Both the position numbers and the translations under genes were made by a program. A stretch of 63,948 nucleotides of DNA, filler included, from Olpidium bornovanus S191 (lineage: Eukaryota; Fungi; Olpidiomycota): NCBI GenBank assembly GCA_017911155.1. It is 29 parts of 29 records of this genome, joined end to end, with 100 filler letters (N's around TTAATTAATTAA, not from the genome) between each part and the next. Parts side by side here need not be neighbours in the genome. Positions count along the whole stretch, not along the records: positions 37,498 to 39,012 come from JAEFCI010002237.1; positions 39,113 to 40,361 come from JAEFCI010006043.1; positions 40,462 to 41,840 come from JAEFCI010003117.1; positions 41,941 to 46,252 come from JAEFCI010003978.1; positions 46,353 to 49,094 come from JAEFCI010003939.1; positions 49,195 to 50,522 come from JAEFCI010000928.1; 23 more parts are not named here. One strand, given 5' to 3'. How positions within the stretch are numbered: the stretch's first letter is position 1; each line of letters opens with the position of its first letter. The notes beneath the pieces were generated by a model, which saw only the letters and a list, made by a program, of their open reading frames with translations, made no database searches and had not been told where the DNA came from. Below are positions 37,908 to 49,442 of the stretch, in pieces.

Positions 37908-38274
37908 ATGATGGACCGAGCGGCGTTCTTCCGGGACGGCGTCAACCGCGCCATCATGTGGAAGGCGCTCGAGGAGCACGTCCTCGTCATCAGCCAACGG
38001 GACAGGAACCTCCACTTCACGCTGGTGAACGCCGCCGAGGTCACCGTGCCCTACGCGTCCAACGAAGAGGCCCGGGCGGCGCTCGACGACCTGCTGCGCG
38101 GCCTGGACCGGCGCAGGGCTGCGGCCAGCGCGGGCGAGGGCGAACTCGCCCGGCGCGTCGACCGCATGTGGAACGCGCCGACGATGCCGGGATTCGTCGA
38201 GGCCATGGCCAGGTTTGAAGAGGCCGCCGCCGCCGCCAACGCCGCCGCCGCCGCCTCCTCCTCCTCCTGCAATG
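37908..38274 (+). CDS. First exon of an unidentified gene
   Basis: ATG-initiated exon with GC3-rich codons, MMDRAAFFRDGVNRAIMWKALEEHVLVIS...MPGFVEAMARFEE, ending at a GTGAGT donor. Confidence 0.6.
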
Positions 38275-38837
38275 GTGAGTCCCGCAGGCTTCTGGGATAT
38301 CAAACGCTGCCGCTCGTCGCGGAACGGCGCGGTGTTGGGCGTTACCAATTTCACGCCAACAAAAAAAAAAAAAAAAAAAAAAAAAAAGACGAAGACGAGG
38401 TCTTAAAGGAAAAAAGAGGGGAAACACAAAACAAAAATTGCGCTCGAGATCGGGAGACAGTCGCAGGGGTGACGCATGGAAAACGGATCCGCGTTTCCGG
38501 TTCGGAAAAATCCCGCCCCTGCCCCCCTCCCCCGTCGTAGTAATTTTTTTTTTTCTTTCGCCGTGCGTCAGAGGCGAAAAAAAGAAACATCTGCGTAGAC
38601 TGAGGGAAGGTGTGGGGAGGCGGCGAGGGCTTCTCAGGCCAGCGGCCCCCCGCGGGACCCTGCGAATTTCGATTTGTCGGGTCAAGTAACCTCGGGCCGC
38701 GGTTCGCCTCCGCGTCGATCACGCGCCTTCTCTCCTCCAATCCGCGCAGAATTGGGGGCCGTCGACCGAGGAGGATAGACACCGACGGGGAAAAAAAAAA
38801 AAAATTTCCCCCCCGAACGGGGCCCGAAAAAGGTTTT

Positions 38838-38870
<33 letters not shown>

Positions 38871-38896
38871 CTCTTCGGGCTCGCGAAAAAACATGC

Positions 38897-38960
38897 TGAG
38901 GGGACAAAAGAACAAATGTTGAGGGGACAAAAGAACAAATGTTGAGGAGGGGACAAAAGA
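38897..38960. repeat. 23-bp tandem repeat, about 2.7 copies
   Basis: TGAGGGGACAAAAGAACAAATGT repeated. Confidence 0.85.
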
Positions 38961-39455
38961 GAAGGAGAGCCGAAGACAGTCCGGGAACGGTTCGGAGCAG
39001 CGAAAATTAAAANNNNNNNNNNNNNNNNNNNNNNNNNNNNNNNNNNNNNNNNNNNNTTAATTAATTAANNNNNNNNNNNNNNNNNNNNNNNNNNNNNNNN
39101 NNNNNNNNNNNNGGCATGACTTTAACGATTGGCACTGCCAATTGGGTCTCTTGTGGACCCCACCGGCAGGTGTGCCGGTATTTCCTCCTCCTCTGCCGGA
39201 AACAGAGCGTTCTGTTTGAGAGGTTTCGCCGCGGTGCGGACTTTATTCAAAAGAAAGGATTTTACGCGTTATAGGGTACAGTACAAACACCATGCCCGGG
39301 CGGTTTCCCCGCCGGGCAAGGGAAAAAAAGGGAGGGAAAGAGCAGAAAAGAGAGAAGGGAGAAAAAAAAAAAATTCCGCCTCGCCGCACCACGCCGGCTC
39401 GCCCCCGGGGCTCCTCTTGGCGCGGGGAAAGCCAGCCTCCTGCCGCTCGGCGGCA

Positions 39456-40170
39456 ATGGACGCCGCCGCCACCGCTGCCGCCGCCGCCGCCGGCCTCCGC
39501 CCCCGCCCGAGCACGGGCCCGCTGCCGCTTCACCACCACCACCACAACCACCACCAGCAGCAGCAGCAGCCGCTGCAGTTCGACCTCCACCAGCTCTGCC
39601 CCGAATTCTCCGGCCTCGGCATCGATCTCGGCCTGGACCAGCCGCCGCCCGCCGCCTCGCCGGGCGCCGGCCGCCCGGCCGATCCGGGAAACGCCGCGGG
39701 CCTGCACCAGGGCTTCCTCGACGATCCGCAGAGCCTGTTTGGGACGCTGCTTCCCGCCGCGGGCCCCACCCTGCGCGAGGCGGTCAAATTTTCCCGGTCG
39801 GCCGCCATGCGCAGGCGTGCGCTCTCGCTCGGGTCTTCGCTCTTGGCCGACGCGGTGTACCTCGGAAACGGCTGGCCCGCCCCCACGGCGGGCGTCGGCG
39901 GCTTTGTGGCGCCGCCGCTGCCGGCCGCGGTGGGAGGAGACTGGTTTGAGGGTGCCGGCACCCCCGGCACGGGCCGCCCACCTGCCCACGCTTCGCCCGG
40001 GGCCACTTCCGCCCTGACGCCGGGCGCCGTCCCCGTGCCGCTCGGTGCGCCGTACGACGCGTGCGACGACAGTGACCCGCAGGTGTGGCTGGCGCTGCAG
40101 GCCAGCAAGAGGCGCATCGGCGCCGGCAAGAGTTCCGCCTTGGCGCAAAAGAGGCCGCGCGCGAACACCG
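39456..40170 (+). CDS. His/Gln/Ala-rich N-terminus of an unidentified protein, possibly a transcription factor
   Basis: MDAAATAAAAAA..HHHHHNHHQQQQQ..RRRALSLGSS..KRPRANT; NLS-like basic motifs; no domain before the contig end. Confidence 0.5.
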
Positions 40171-40461
40171 TAACTGGCGCCGGCTTCGACGAGCACGACG
40201 CTGTAAGCGCCCTCGCGCAATTGGGGAGAGGAGGAAAGGGGGAAGGGAGAAAAGGGGACGGCGGCCAAGAACCCTCGGAGGAAGGGAAGAGGGGGGGGGG
40301 GAGGGGGGGGGGGGGGGGGCGGTGTGTCTGCAGCAGCTTTTTGTTGGCTGTGAGAAAAAAANNNNNNNNNNNNNNNNNNNNNNNNNNNNNNNNNNNNNNN
40401 NNNNNTTAATTAATTAANNNNNNNNNNNNNNNNNNNNNNNNNNNNNNNNNNNNNNNNNNNN

Positions 40462-41407
40462 CATGAAGTCGAGGAGATCTCTTTCTTCAGTCGCCCCGCG
40501 AGCTGGTCCCGCGGTGGTCGGCAAGGAATTCGGCCCCTCGACCGCCATTTTGCCTGTTATCCGCTTTTCCTCCTCCAAATATATGTTCTCGACAGTTTTT
40601 AACTGTGAAAGTACACTGTTCAGCGGCACATTATGTGCACCTGGGATGTGGCCCTCAGCGTATTCCGCTGGCTCTCGGACATCAATTAAAACTTTGAGGC
40701 GCTGAAAAACGCACAAAAAAATAGGAGTCAAGTGGATGCTCGAATTTGACACACGTCGACAAAAATGCCCCGCGTCTATGGCAAACGCCGTCTGAAGGCC
40801 AAACTCACGGGGCTGTTGCACGCGGAGACCGAATTCGACGAACGCTCCGCCACGAACTCACCAGTCCAGCTTTCAGGTAGTCCCTGATCTCGTAAAACGT
40901 CACCTCATAGTTGGCCGAAACTTTGACGTCCGGCTTTCTCCGGAAAACTTTGTTGAGGACCGAGTCCCAGGTCGTGACGGAGGCGTGATCGCCTCGCGCC
41001 ATGTCTTGCTTCCAGGACCTGTTGAATGCGTCGCCTACCCGCCCCAACAACGGGTGCAGGTCGGCCAGCTGATCCCGCAATGTTTTCTGGTGCTGTGATT
41101 TTGGGCGCGTCCGCGTCTCGTCGCACGGGGAAACGCCGGTCTGCGCGGAGTCCGCTGTCGCTGCGGCGGCGGAGTTAACTTCTACGCTAGGCCGGTCCGC
41201 GCGGTAAGATGGTAAGGGGGCGGCGGCGCCAGGTGAGGTGGAGGAAGCGAGGGACGATGTTCCAGAGGTTTCTGGGAGTTTAGGTTGAGAAGCGCTGCAT
41301 GTTGTACGAGCCGGAGACCAGAGCCTGGAACCCGCGGTGAATGAAGCGGACGAGAAAGCTGCGCGCGCGCCGAACAGCCTGGAGGCAGATGAGGCGGTGG
41401 TTGCCAT
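40462..41407 (-). CDS. Rhodanese-domain protein with mitochondrial presequence, 5' part
   Basis: MATTASSASRLFGARAAFSS..; after an intron, LIDVREPAEYAEGHIPGAHNVPL (rhodanese N-terminal motif). Confidence 0.85.
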
Positions 41408-44400
41408 AATCCCACGGGAATGGGCTCTCTTTTTTTTTTTTTTTTTTTTTTTCTTTTTTTTCTTTTTTTTCCCGGCGGTTGCCAAACGGGGGACTTCAAA
41501 AGCTCGACGGCTTCACGCGGCCCAGGCAAGTTTCACGCCCCCCGGGGCTCCTTCCAAATCTTTTTCCGGACGCGCCAACAACCCCGCCTGCCTGCTTTTC
41601 CGGACGCGAACCGAAGGGCGCAAGTCGGGCGAAACGCTTGCAGCAGAGAGATGCCCGCTGTTGCGGCGACCTGGCCGGACGCAGCTGCAAGGCTTTCGCG
41701 CGGTTTGCCTCGTTCCAAAGGGCGCGCGCAAGGTTTGCCCTTGTGCCGGACCGGGCTTCCGCCGGGGACCGGGTGCTGGCACGTGACCTGACGGCGCTGG
41801 AGAGGCCTCGGGACCCTCTCAGCGCACCTTTTTCGCCATGNNNNNNNNNNNNNNNNNNNNNNNNNNNNNNNNNNNNNNNNNNNNTTAATTAATTAANNNN
41901 NNNNNNNNNNNNNNNNNNNNNNNNNNNNNNNNNNNNNNNNCATGGCTCGTCAGAAAGTATGAGGTAATCAGCCGGGTCGTTTTCTCCGTAAAGGTGAGTG
42001 TGTACTTAACGCCGTTGAGTCCGAGTGCATAGGGACCGGAGACGTCCAAGCTGACCACGGTTCCAATAGGAGGGTCCGAGCAGTCGGGATTGTAGTGATG
42101 TGGTTGCCGGCGTGCACATCCAAGCGCACACGACTCGCACTCGTCTTCATCTGCCGGTTGGCGAATGTCGGCGCCGGTGATGTTCCGATCAATCTTTGTC
42201 ATTGTGCTCCAGCCAAGGTGCCCCAGGCGGCGATGCCAGAGGTCGTGGTGTGCTGCTTTCACAATGCGCGCATGTGCGAGGCTAAGCGACGGGTCATGGG
42301 GGCGGAAGGTTAATCACGGGGAACCAAGGGCTTATTCTTCGCGTCAACGTCAAGGAAAAATGAGCGTCATTCACGGTAGCCTCGCGCGAGGACTGTTCCT
42401 GTCGGTCGTTGGAGACCAACTTGGTTGATGAGCAGAACGTCACCATTAGGGTCAAACCAGATGCCGGTCCCGTTGTGAGTGGCGCTCGCGACCGAGAACA
42501 GGGGCTCGCTGACGCTCGGGGCACAAAGCGCATCGGTAAGAGCAAAGCGGCCGCCCTCGGGTGTGCAGACAGCAACAGTTCCTTGAGCGACGACGGGTAT
42601 CTCGGAATCATCGGCAATACGGAGTGCATTGTGCTGGGGATCAGGAGCCATAGCATTGTTGACCACATCCTCATTGCCGATAGTGTGGTGGCTACAGCCG
42701 CTGTCGATATTAATGCAATTCTGGATGGGGACGAACGCGGTACGAGCAGAAGAGAGTCCAGCTCCAGATGGAACGTTTGATGGAAGCGTGTTCATGATGA
42801 TCTCAAGATCGTTGACATCATTGGTAAATTCGGGAACAGGACTGAGGTCAGTCGTATGATTAACCTGGGCAGGGGCTGCTCTTGCTCGCAGAGCACGCAT
42901 AGTACGAAGCGACATAGCTGGGTCTTGGTCAGCCTCTGCCACACGAGCTTGACGCCGATTCCCCTGTTCCGTGCCCTGGCTGCCTTTATTGCGTTCGGTG
43001 AGCACGGGGCAGTTTGCGTACCAATGACGTGCACCATTGCAAAACTTGCACGGTGGAGAATTGTCGCGTTGCTTCCTCATCTTTCTGTCGCCTTCATTGT
43101 TGCTTTTCTGTGTCTTTGTCAACTTCGGCCCCGGGCCCTTCTCGTGTCTCCTTACACGATCAGCCGTCCGAGCAGCTGGCGTTGCCGCGAATGGCGTGGG
43201 ATCCTTTTTTTGTTTCGGCTTGAGGTCCTTGTCGAGGGCAACCTCTTGCGTGATGGCCAAGGAGTCCTTGTGAGCGGGATGAGCGGAGATGAGATCCGCG
43301 ATTCGTTGTTCGCGCGCACCGTTGCCAAAGGCGAGGTTCTGAAGGTACACGTTAATGACCATGCTGCGCGGTGTCGCAAACAGCTGGTTGGCAATTCTGT
43401 TGAACGTGTTGTTAAAGGAGGAAACGGTGTCGTATTTCTTCAAGCGGGTGTTCCAGAGCTCCTGGAACAAGCGGCATTCGAGATCTTGCGGGAGGAAGCG
43501 CCGCTGCAATGGCCTGGAGCTCTGTCCAGGAGTCGTACTTGAGGTCAGAGCTACCTTTGATGTGTAGCCAGTAGTCCAAGGCGTCTTTCGTGAGATGACT
43601 GCCAGCGACGACTAGTTTCATTTGCTCGCTGATCTTCCGGCCAAAAAGCGCAAAGTATTTGTCATGCTGATTGACGAACTGTTTGAGTGCGAAACCGCCG
43701 CCTCTGCCGTCATACTTGGGGAGTGACGGGAGCATGGCTTTGATCAGGTCGCGCTCTTCGCGTGTACGGCTCCTGTCCGAGTCCGGGCTCGACGAGCGTT
43801 GCCGGTAGGAGTGAGATCGAGATCGACGCGGGGATCAACCGCGTCGAGCGTGGCCGGAGGTGCCGTGTCTCGGGGAATCCGAAGGTAGTGGTGGTGCGAA
43901 AGGCCGTTCGAAGTGCGTCGAATATTGTGGCGTTGTGTAGGGCAGATACGCAGTATCTACCACCGGATGCGCCGCTGCTGGGTACTGGGCATACGTCACG
44001 GGATATACCGTGGGTCCAGAGGGACGCGGCCGCCAGTCGTTGGGAGCTCCATAGTACCGATTGTTATGCGCATCGATTGCGACATGCCTGACGCCCTCAC
44101 TGAAAACGGGGTGAGGCCCCGGAGGGTACAGGCGAGGGTCGTATGCCGAAACAGTCAGGGGAACAGAACGGCGTGGAGCAGAATACTGAGAGTATATTCC
44201 GGTTTCGGGCACTTTGAACTCTTCATCATGTTTGCTCACCGGGAAATACGTATCGGCTGCGGAGGAAATGTGTGCGGTGTCTTGCGACGGTCCACCACCG
44301 GGGACTCGCTCCACAACACGCTCCTCACTAACAGCCTGTCCAGCGATGGTGGGTTTGATGTGCAGACTGTTCCCGAGCTCGTTAGGAAGTGACTGCAGGC

Positions 44401-44880
44401 ATCCTGGGAAGAACTCGCGTGGCAGGGGGACCGGAAAAGGTGGCTCAGCCGTTGATGCCGGGGTCAGACCTGATGGGAAGCCACCAGGGAGTGTAGGCGG
44501 AGCGCATGGCGTGTCGGACTTGGCGAAACCAAATCCGAGGGCGCTCTCCTTGCTGGTGTCGACAATAGCGATCAGGTTGAACGTCACTCCTGCTGTCCCC
44601 GTGCGGGGCGCAAGCGCAGCTGACGAGGAAGCGTCAGCTGCAGTTCCTGCTCTTGCCGTCCTGCTGCGTGTCTGTATCGGGCCGCCGACGGATGCTGACC
44701 TGCTGGTTGGCGCTGCTGACAACGTGCGGACCTTGGGCTTTTGCATTGTGGCGGAAGCGCACGGCGGCGGTGGGCACGCGGCGGCGGCGGCGGCGGGCGC
44801 GCGGCGGTTGCACGGGTGACGGCGGGAGGATGACTGGAAGGTGTGTGGCGGTTGCGCGGCGGCGGTGGGCGCGCGCAAGA

Positions 44881-45055
44881 ATGACCGGAAGGATGACCGG
44901 AAGGATGACCGGAAGGATGACCGGAAGGATGACCGGAAGGATGACCGGAAGGATGACCGGAAGGATGACCGGAAGGATGACCGGAAGGAAGACCGGAAGG
45001 AAGACCGGAAGGATGACCGGAAGGATGACCGGAAGGATGACCGGAAGGATGACCG
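44881..45055. repeat. 12-bp tandem array, about 14.5 copies, in the retrotransposon leader
   Basis: ATGACCGGAAGG x14.5; two adjacent units are the variant AAGACCGGAAGG. Confidence 0.98.
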
Positions 45056-45226
45056 CAGCGGCGGAGGCGGCGGGCGCGCAGCGGCGGCGGTGGCGCAGCG
45101 GCTGCGCGACAGCAGACGGATGCGCGCAAGGACGAGCGCGGAAGGATGCGTGCGCGGTGGCGAACAGACGACCGAGGAGTACACGCCCGGTTTGCTGCTC
45201 TTTCCGGGAGGGCTCACGTCCAGCTT

Positions 45227-45238
45227 GGGCTCATAACC
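45227..45238 (-). promoter_or_regulatory. Primer-binding site complementary to the tRNA-iMet anticodon stem-loop
   Basis: Minus strand reads ...CA|GGTTATGAGCCC, directly after the presumed LTR end. Confidence 0.85.
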
Positions 45239-45364
45239 TGACGCGGACAGCGTAGAGCTCTCTCTTTTGTATTGTTGACGAGAAAAGAAGAAGAGAAGGA
45301 GGAGGGAAAGGAGTGCGGTTTGCGTGGCGTTTATGTGCGTGGTCACGTGACCGGCGAGTCGTAA

Positions 45365-45680
45365 TCTACGTCACTTCCTTGAACTGGATTCCGTAGTCAA
45401 TTGTTCCCGCGAAGTATCACAGCATTCTTTTAACGGCTCCCCAGTGTTTGGCGCTTGGGGATGCAGTGAATCGAGATAAGAAGGACACTGCAAATGCAAA
45501 GGCGGGCCTGGTCATGGTGGCTAGCCACATAAGTGATCCGATGGCTTCCGAGTACCTTTCGATGTACCCTTCCTCTTTTTTGTCTTGTGGTGTGACCATG
45601 GTCAGCGCCTCCAGGGCTTCTGCTTGCAGGGGAGTCTCGACGGGTTTCGCGTTTGTCATGCTGAACTTCCCGAGGAGTGG
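45365..45680 (-). mobile_element. Ty1/copia RT C-terminal remnant
   Basis: NAKPVETPL..RYSEAIGSLMWLATMTRPAFAFAVSFLSRFTASPSAKHWGAVKRML*YFAGTIDYGI. Confidence 0.9.
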
Positions 45681-47878
45681 AGAGGAGAGCCTCTGGTCCT
45701 TGGGTGCCGGCAGCTGCAGGAAGGCCTAGTTAAAGTTTTGTATGTACGTTTCCAGGTCGTCTCCGCATCTGCTCTGGGCGTACCGCTTCCACGCGGGACT
45801 AACGGGCGGAGAAAGAAGGTCACGAGTCGCCATAATGGTCACGACACTGGACAACCTGCGATGATGGTCTGGGTGTGCTCTTTTAGGTAGATAATTGTAA
45901 CGTGCGAAATACGTAATCTGCGCGTAGCGCTATCTGGAGATTTGTATTTGCCGTCTAGCTCTGGATCTGGGTCTGGAAGTCTGTGTAGCTCTAAAGGTAC
46001 GTGGAGTATGCGCGAACAGAGGCTTTTCTTGCTCTGCTGACGCCGTGCACCGCGGACTACTTGAAGATTTTCCTTTGCCTTCTTGACGAAATCACAGTAC
46101 CTGGCGCGCTGGAGGTGCTGCTCAGCGAGCAAGACGCCGTCCAGGACTGGGCGCGCCGTACGTTGGATTGGCCCAACACCGTCGAGGTGTGGCCGTACAT
46201 CGGACAACAAGTCGGCCGTCGTCAAGACGTCTATCGCCGCGTGTACGCAGCGNNNNNNNNNNNNNNNNNNNNNNNNNNNNNNNNNNNNNNNNNNNNTTAA
46301 TTAATTAANNNNNNNNNNNNNNNNNNNNNNNNNNNNNNNNNNNNNNNNNNNNACGTGGTGGGGGGTCCGGTTACGGCCCGTGAACGGCCGAAGTTTGTCG
46401 CGAATGAGCTTCGCGACTGCGCGGTGGGACTCCGACGGCTTCCGTGCGGAGTCTCCGGCCGCGGCTGTGGCGGCAAAAGCTGTCTGCAGCGAGTGGTCAC
46501 GCTGCGCGGTCACCTCCGCCAGGCAGGCCTCCAGCTGACGGATTGCTAGCTGGTAGTCCGCCTCTGTCTGCAGGAGGGTCAGTCCTGCGGCAGAGGCAAC
46601 AGGGGAGGTCGCGTTACAGGTCATGTCAAGAGAGAGGCGTTGCTACCATGTACTGCGGCAAGGTTCGGCGAAGTTCAAGTCTCTTAGTATTGCGACGTCA
46701 GGTCCGAGAGAGAGCTACGGGTAAGGTGACGCGCTAACAAGTAAGGAATGGAGTACTTCCGGAAAGCGGTAAGAACGGTGAACGGTAAAGAAGGGACTAC
46801 GGAGCGGGGAGAACGCTATTTATGCCCGTCGGCCGACGAGTGGAGGTAACAGGGCGACGTCCGAGTCGTTCCCTCGATCTCGCCTCCGCCGACGTGGTTG
46901 CTTTCCCGCGCCGTCATGGTCCCCACGCGGGGTTCCGTGCTCACGCGCAGTTGCGCGCTGTGGGCAAGAACGGTTTTATTTGTCCCTAAGGCTGTCATTT
47001 CCGGCGACCGCTGGGGTGCTAAGGCTGGGTCTTCTTGTTTTTTTCTCTTTTTGTTTTTTCTGTCTACTATGCCTCGGCGGTTGCTCCGAACGGGGCGCGA
47101 ATTCACTTAACTACTCTCCAGAGACGCTTGCCTCGGCGGCGAGTGGGGTAGTTGCTCTATTCTCTATACTTTTTCTCTTAAGACATGGGTTTTGCCTCAG
47201 CGGCGACGGGTCTTTCCTCGGCGGAGATTAGGTTCGGAGTGGGGTGTGTTTCGAGCACGTTGGGTACAGCGCCGGCATCGGCATCGGGAGGTAGCACGCG
47301 GACGGAATTAGGGCTTCACGCGTGGTCTATTTCTAATTGCAGAACTCCCCTCCTTGCGATGCGTCACCGAGTCCCTTCGCCGCGGACTCGTATTATTTAC
47401 TCGGGACGCACCCTTTCTCCATCACGTACCCCATGGCTTCCTCCAATTATTAGTACCATTCGGAGGAGTTACTCGCATACTTGGAGAATGTACTTCCACT
47501 CCGGAGTCATGTGACGACTTCGTCCGGGTACCAGCTTGATGCCGCTTCCTGAAAAAGGCCCAGCCAGCTCTTTCTTCCACAGCGCGGGGGCAGTCCCTTT
47601 AGCCAGGGGGGGGGATGTGGTTGGCGGGGGTTCCCGCATGTGGCGCTATTGCGGGAGGGGGGGCTCTTTCATTGGCGGGCTCCGAGGAGGACTATTCTAT
47701 TGGTCGCGCCCCGAGTCTGGGGACCGCCTCGCCTCCGCCTCCCGCCCGCCGCCCGCCGTCGCTTTCTGTGGCTTCCTCCTTGGCATAGGGCGACGGTCGG
47801 GGGGAGGGCCGTGCCACAGCACACGCGCCGGCAGCGCTGGAGACAGCGGAAGCCGACTGCCCGCCAGCTCGCGCGAAT

Positions 47879-49094
47879 GTGGCGGCATCAGCTGTCAAAC
47901 GTTTCCTGATTGATTCCGGCGCTACATACAATATGGTTCGCAGTGACCAATACCTCACGGATACCATCCCGACATCTCGATCAATTGCGCTCGGATACGA
48001 CCATGTTATAAAGGCCAGAGCCATCGGCACCCTCCCCATGTCCGATGACAACGGTTCTTTCATGTTAACCAACGTTCTCCATGCTCCCAATCTCGCAACT
48101 CCTCTTTTTTTGATCGGCACCACTATGATGTGCGGACTGGATGTCCATTTCAAGCGTGACGGACGCGTCATCATCCACAACGACGATGAAGTGAACGCCA
48201 TCGTTGTGACAGGACATCGAGATGATTCCACACGTCAAGTCTGGCTCGATGCTGTCCCAACTTCGATTTCACCAACTATACATGCTCGAGCACTTACAGC
48301 CATCACCAACTCAATAATGACAAAGACGACATCCGCGCCGTCGGCATATGCTCTCATAGCGAAAACCAATTTACTACAAACCTGGCACGCACGCCTCGGG
48401 CATCTCGGCATACAAAACATGCGCAGGCTTGTGGACAAAGCAACTGGTATCGAGCTCCCCGACACGGAGGACAATCTTCCCTTCTGTGATGCATGTGCCC
48501 TTGGAAAGAGCACTCGCAAACCATTTCTTTGTGTCTCCAACACCAAATACGCCCTTGGCAAGCGGGTCGTGCGAGACAACTGCGGCCCATTCGTGTTTGC
48601 ACTCGACGGTTCCAAGTACGTGAATACGATCACTGACACACAATTTTGACATGCCACATCTTATTTCCATGCGTCAAAACAAGCCGAATCTGCCGCCACC
48701 GCCTTCTAAAATTGGCTAGCTTAGTGGGAGCATCAGACAAATACTCGGCTCAAGCAGCTCCATTGCGATGGGGGTGGCAAATTTATTTTAACTGGATTCA
48801 AAACTTTTCTGCTCAATCGCGGCATCTCAATCTCAACTATGATTCGCCAGATTCTCAAACAGAATGGGATTGCCAAACGAATTCACGGTACCATCGAATC
48901 TCGTGTTCGTTCCATTCTCGCCGAGACTAACCTCCCTGTGTCCCTTTGGACCGAACTCTGGCGCACTGTCATTTACCTATACAACAGATCACCGCACTGA
49001 AAGCTAGATGGGGACCTTCCAATCACCCGCGCTTTCGGCACCATCCCCGACCTCAGCGGAGTCCGTGTGATTGGGTGTATCGCCTATGCCCATG
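47879..49094 (+). mobile_element. Ty1/copia protease-integrase fragment, disrupted
   Basis: FLIDSGATYNM; QTWHARLGHLG..CDACALGK; RDNCGPF..DGSKYVNTITD, then stops and frameshifts through the integrase core. Confidence 0.92.
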
Positions 49095-49442
49095 NNNNNN
49101 NNNNNNNNNNNNNNNNNNNNNNNNNNNNNNNNNNNNNNTTAATTAATTAANNNNNNNNNNNNNNNNNNNNNNNNNNNNNNNNNNNNNNNNNNNNCAAAAG
49201 TCGACTTATCGTGTTAGAGCACACTGTTAGGACCGAGTTTGACCAGGTCGAGGAGGGAAAGTGGCGTAAGGCCAGGCAGGACACTCGTTTTGGATGGTTG
49301 ACAATTCAGACCATGAACCATCACGTATTTTTTCTTTCCCCTTTATCCCCTTTACCCCGAAGACCGCACAGATCCCCTTCCCGCCACTCCCGATAAACGC
49401 GAGCTCGGCGGGGAAAAAACAAACCCCCCGAAAACCAAACCC

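Larger units (their letters stand above)
41941..45360 (-). mobile_element. Ty1/copia-type LTR retrotransposon, 5' half (LTR end, PBS, leader, gag, protease, integrase start), disrupted
   Basis: PBS after CA; zinc knuckle CKFCNGARHWYANC; protease INIDSGCSHH; pre-integrase LWHRRLGH..CESCALG; integrase LDVSGPY..KYTLTF. One in-frame stop (~43835) and a frameshift (~43510). Confidence 0.93.

Noticed and set aside
43500-43520. Programmed ribosomal frameshift in gag
   Set aside because: It falls mid-capsid rather than at the gag-pol junction, and the ORF also has a nonsense stop; mutation or sequencing error is more likely
44841-45236. Plus-strand (DDRK)n or (MTGR)n repeat proteins
   Set aside because: By-products of the stop-free 12-bp array, antisense to the retrotransposon; no other coding evidence
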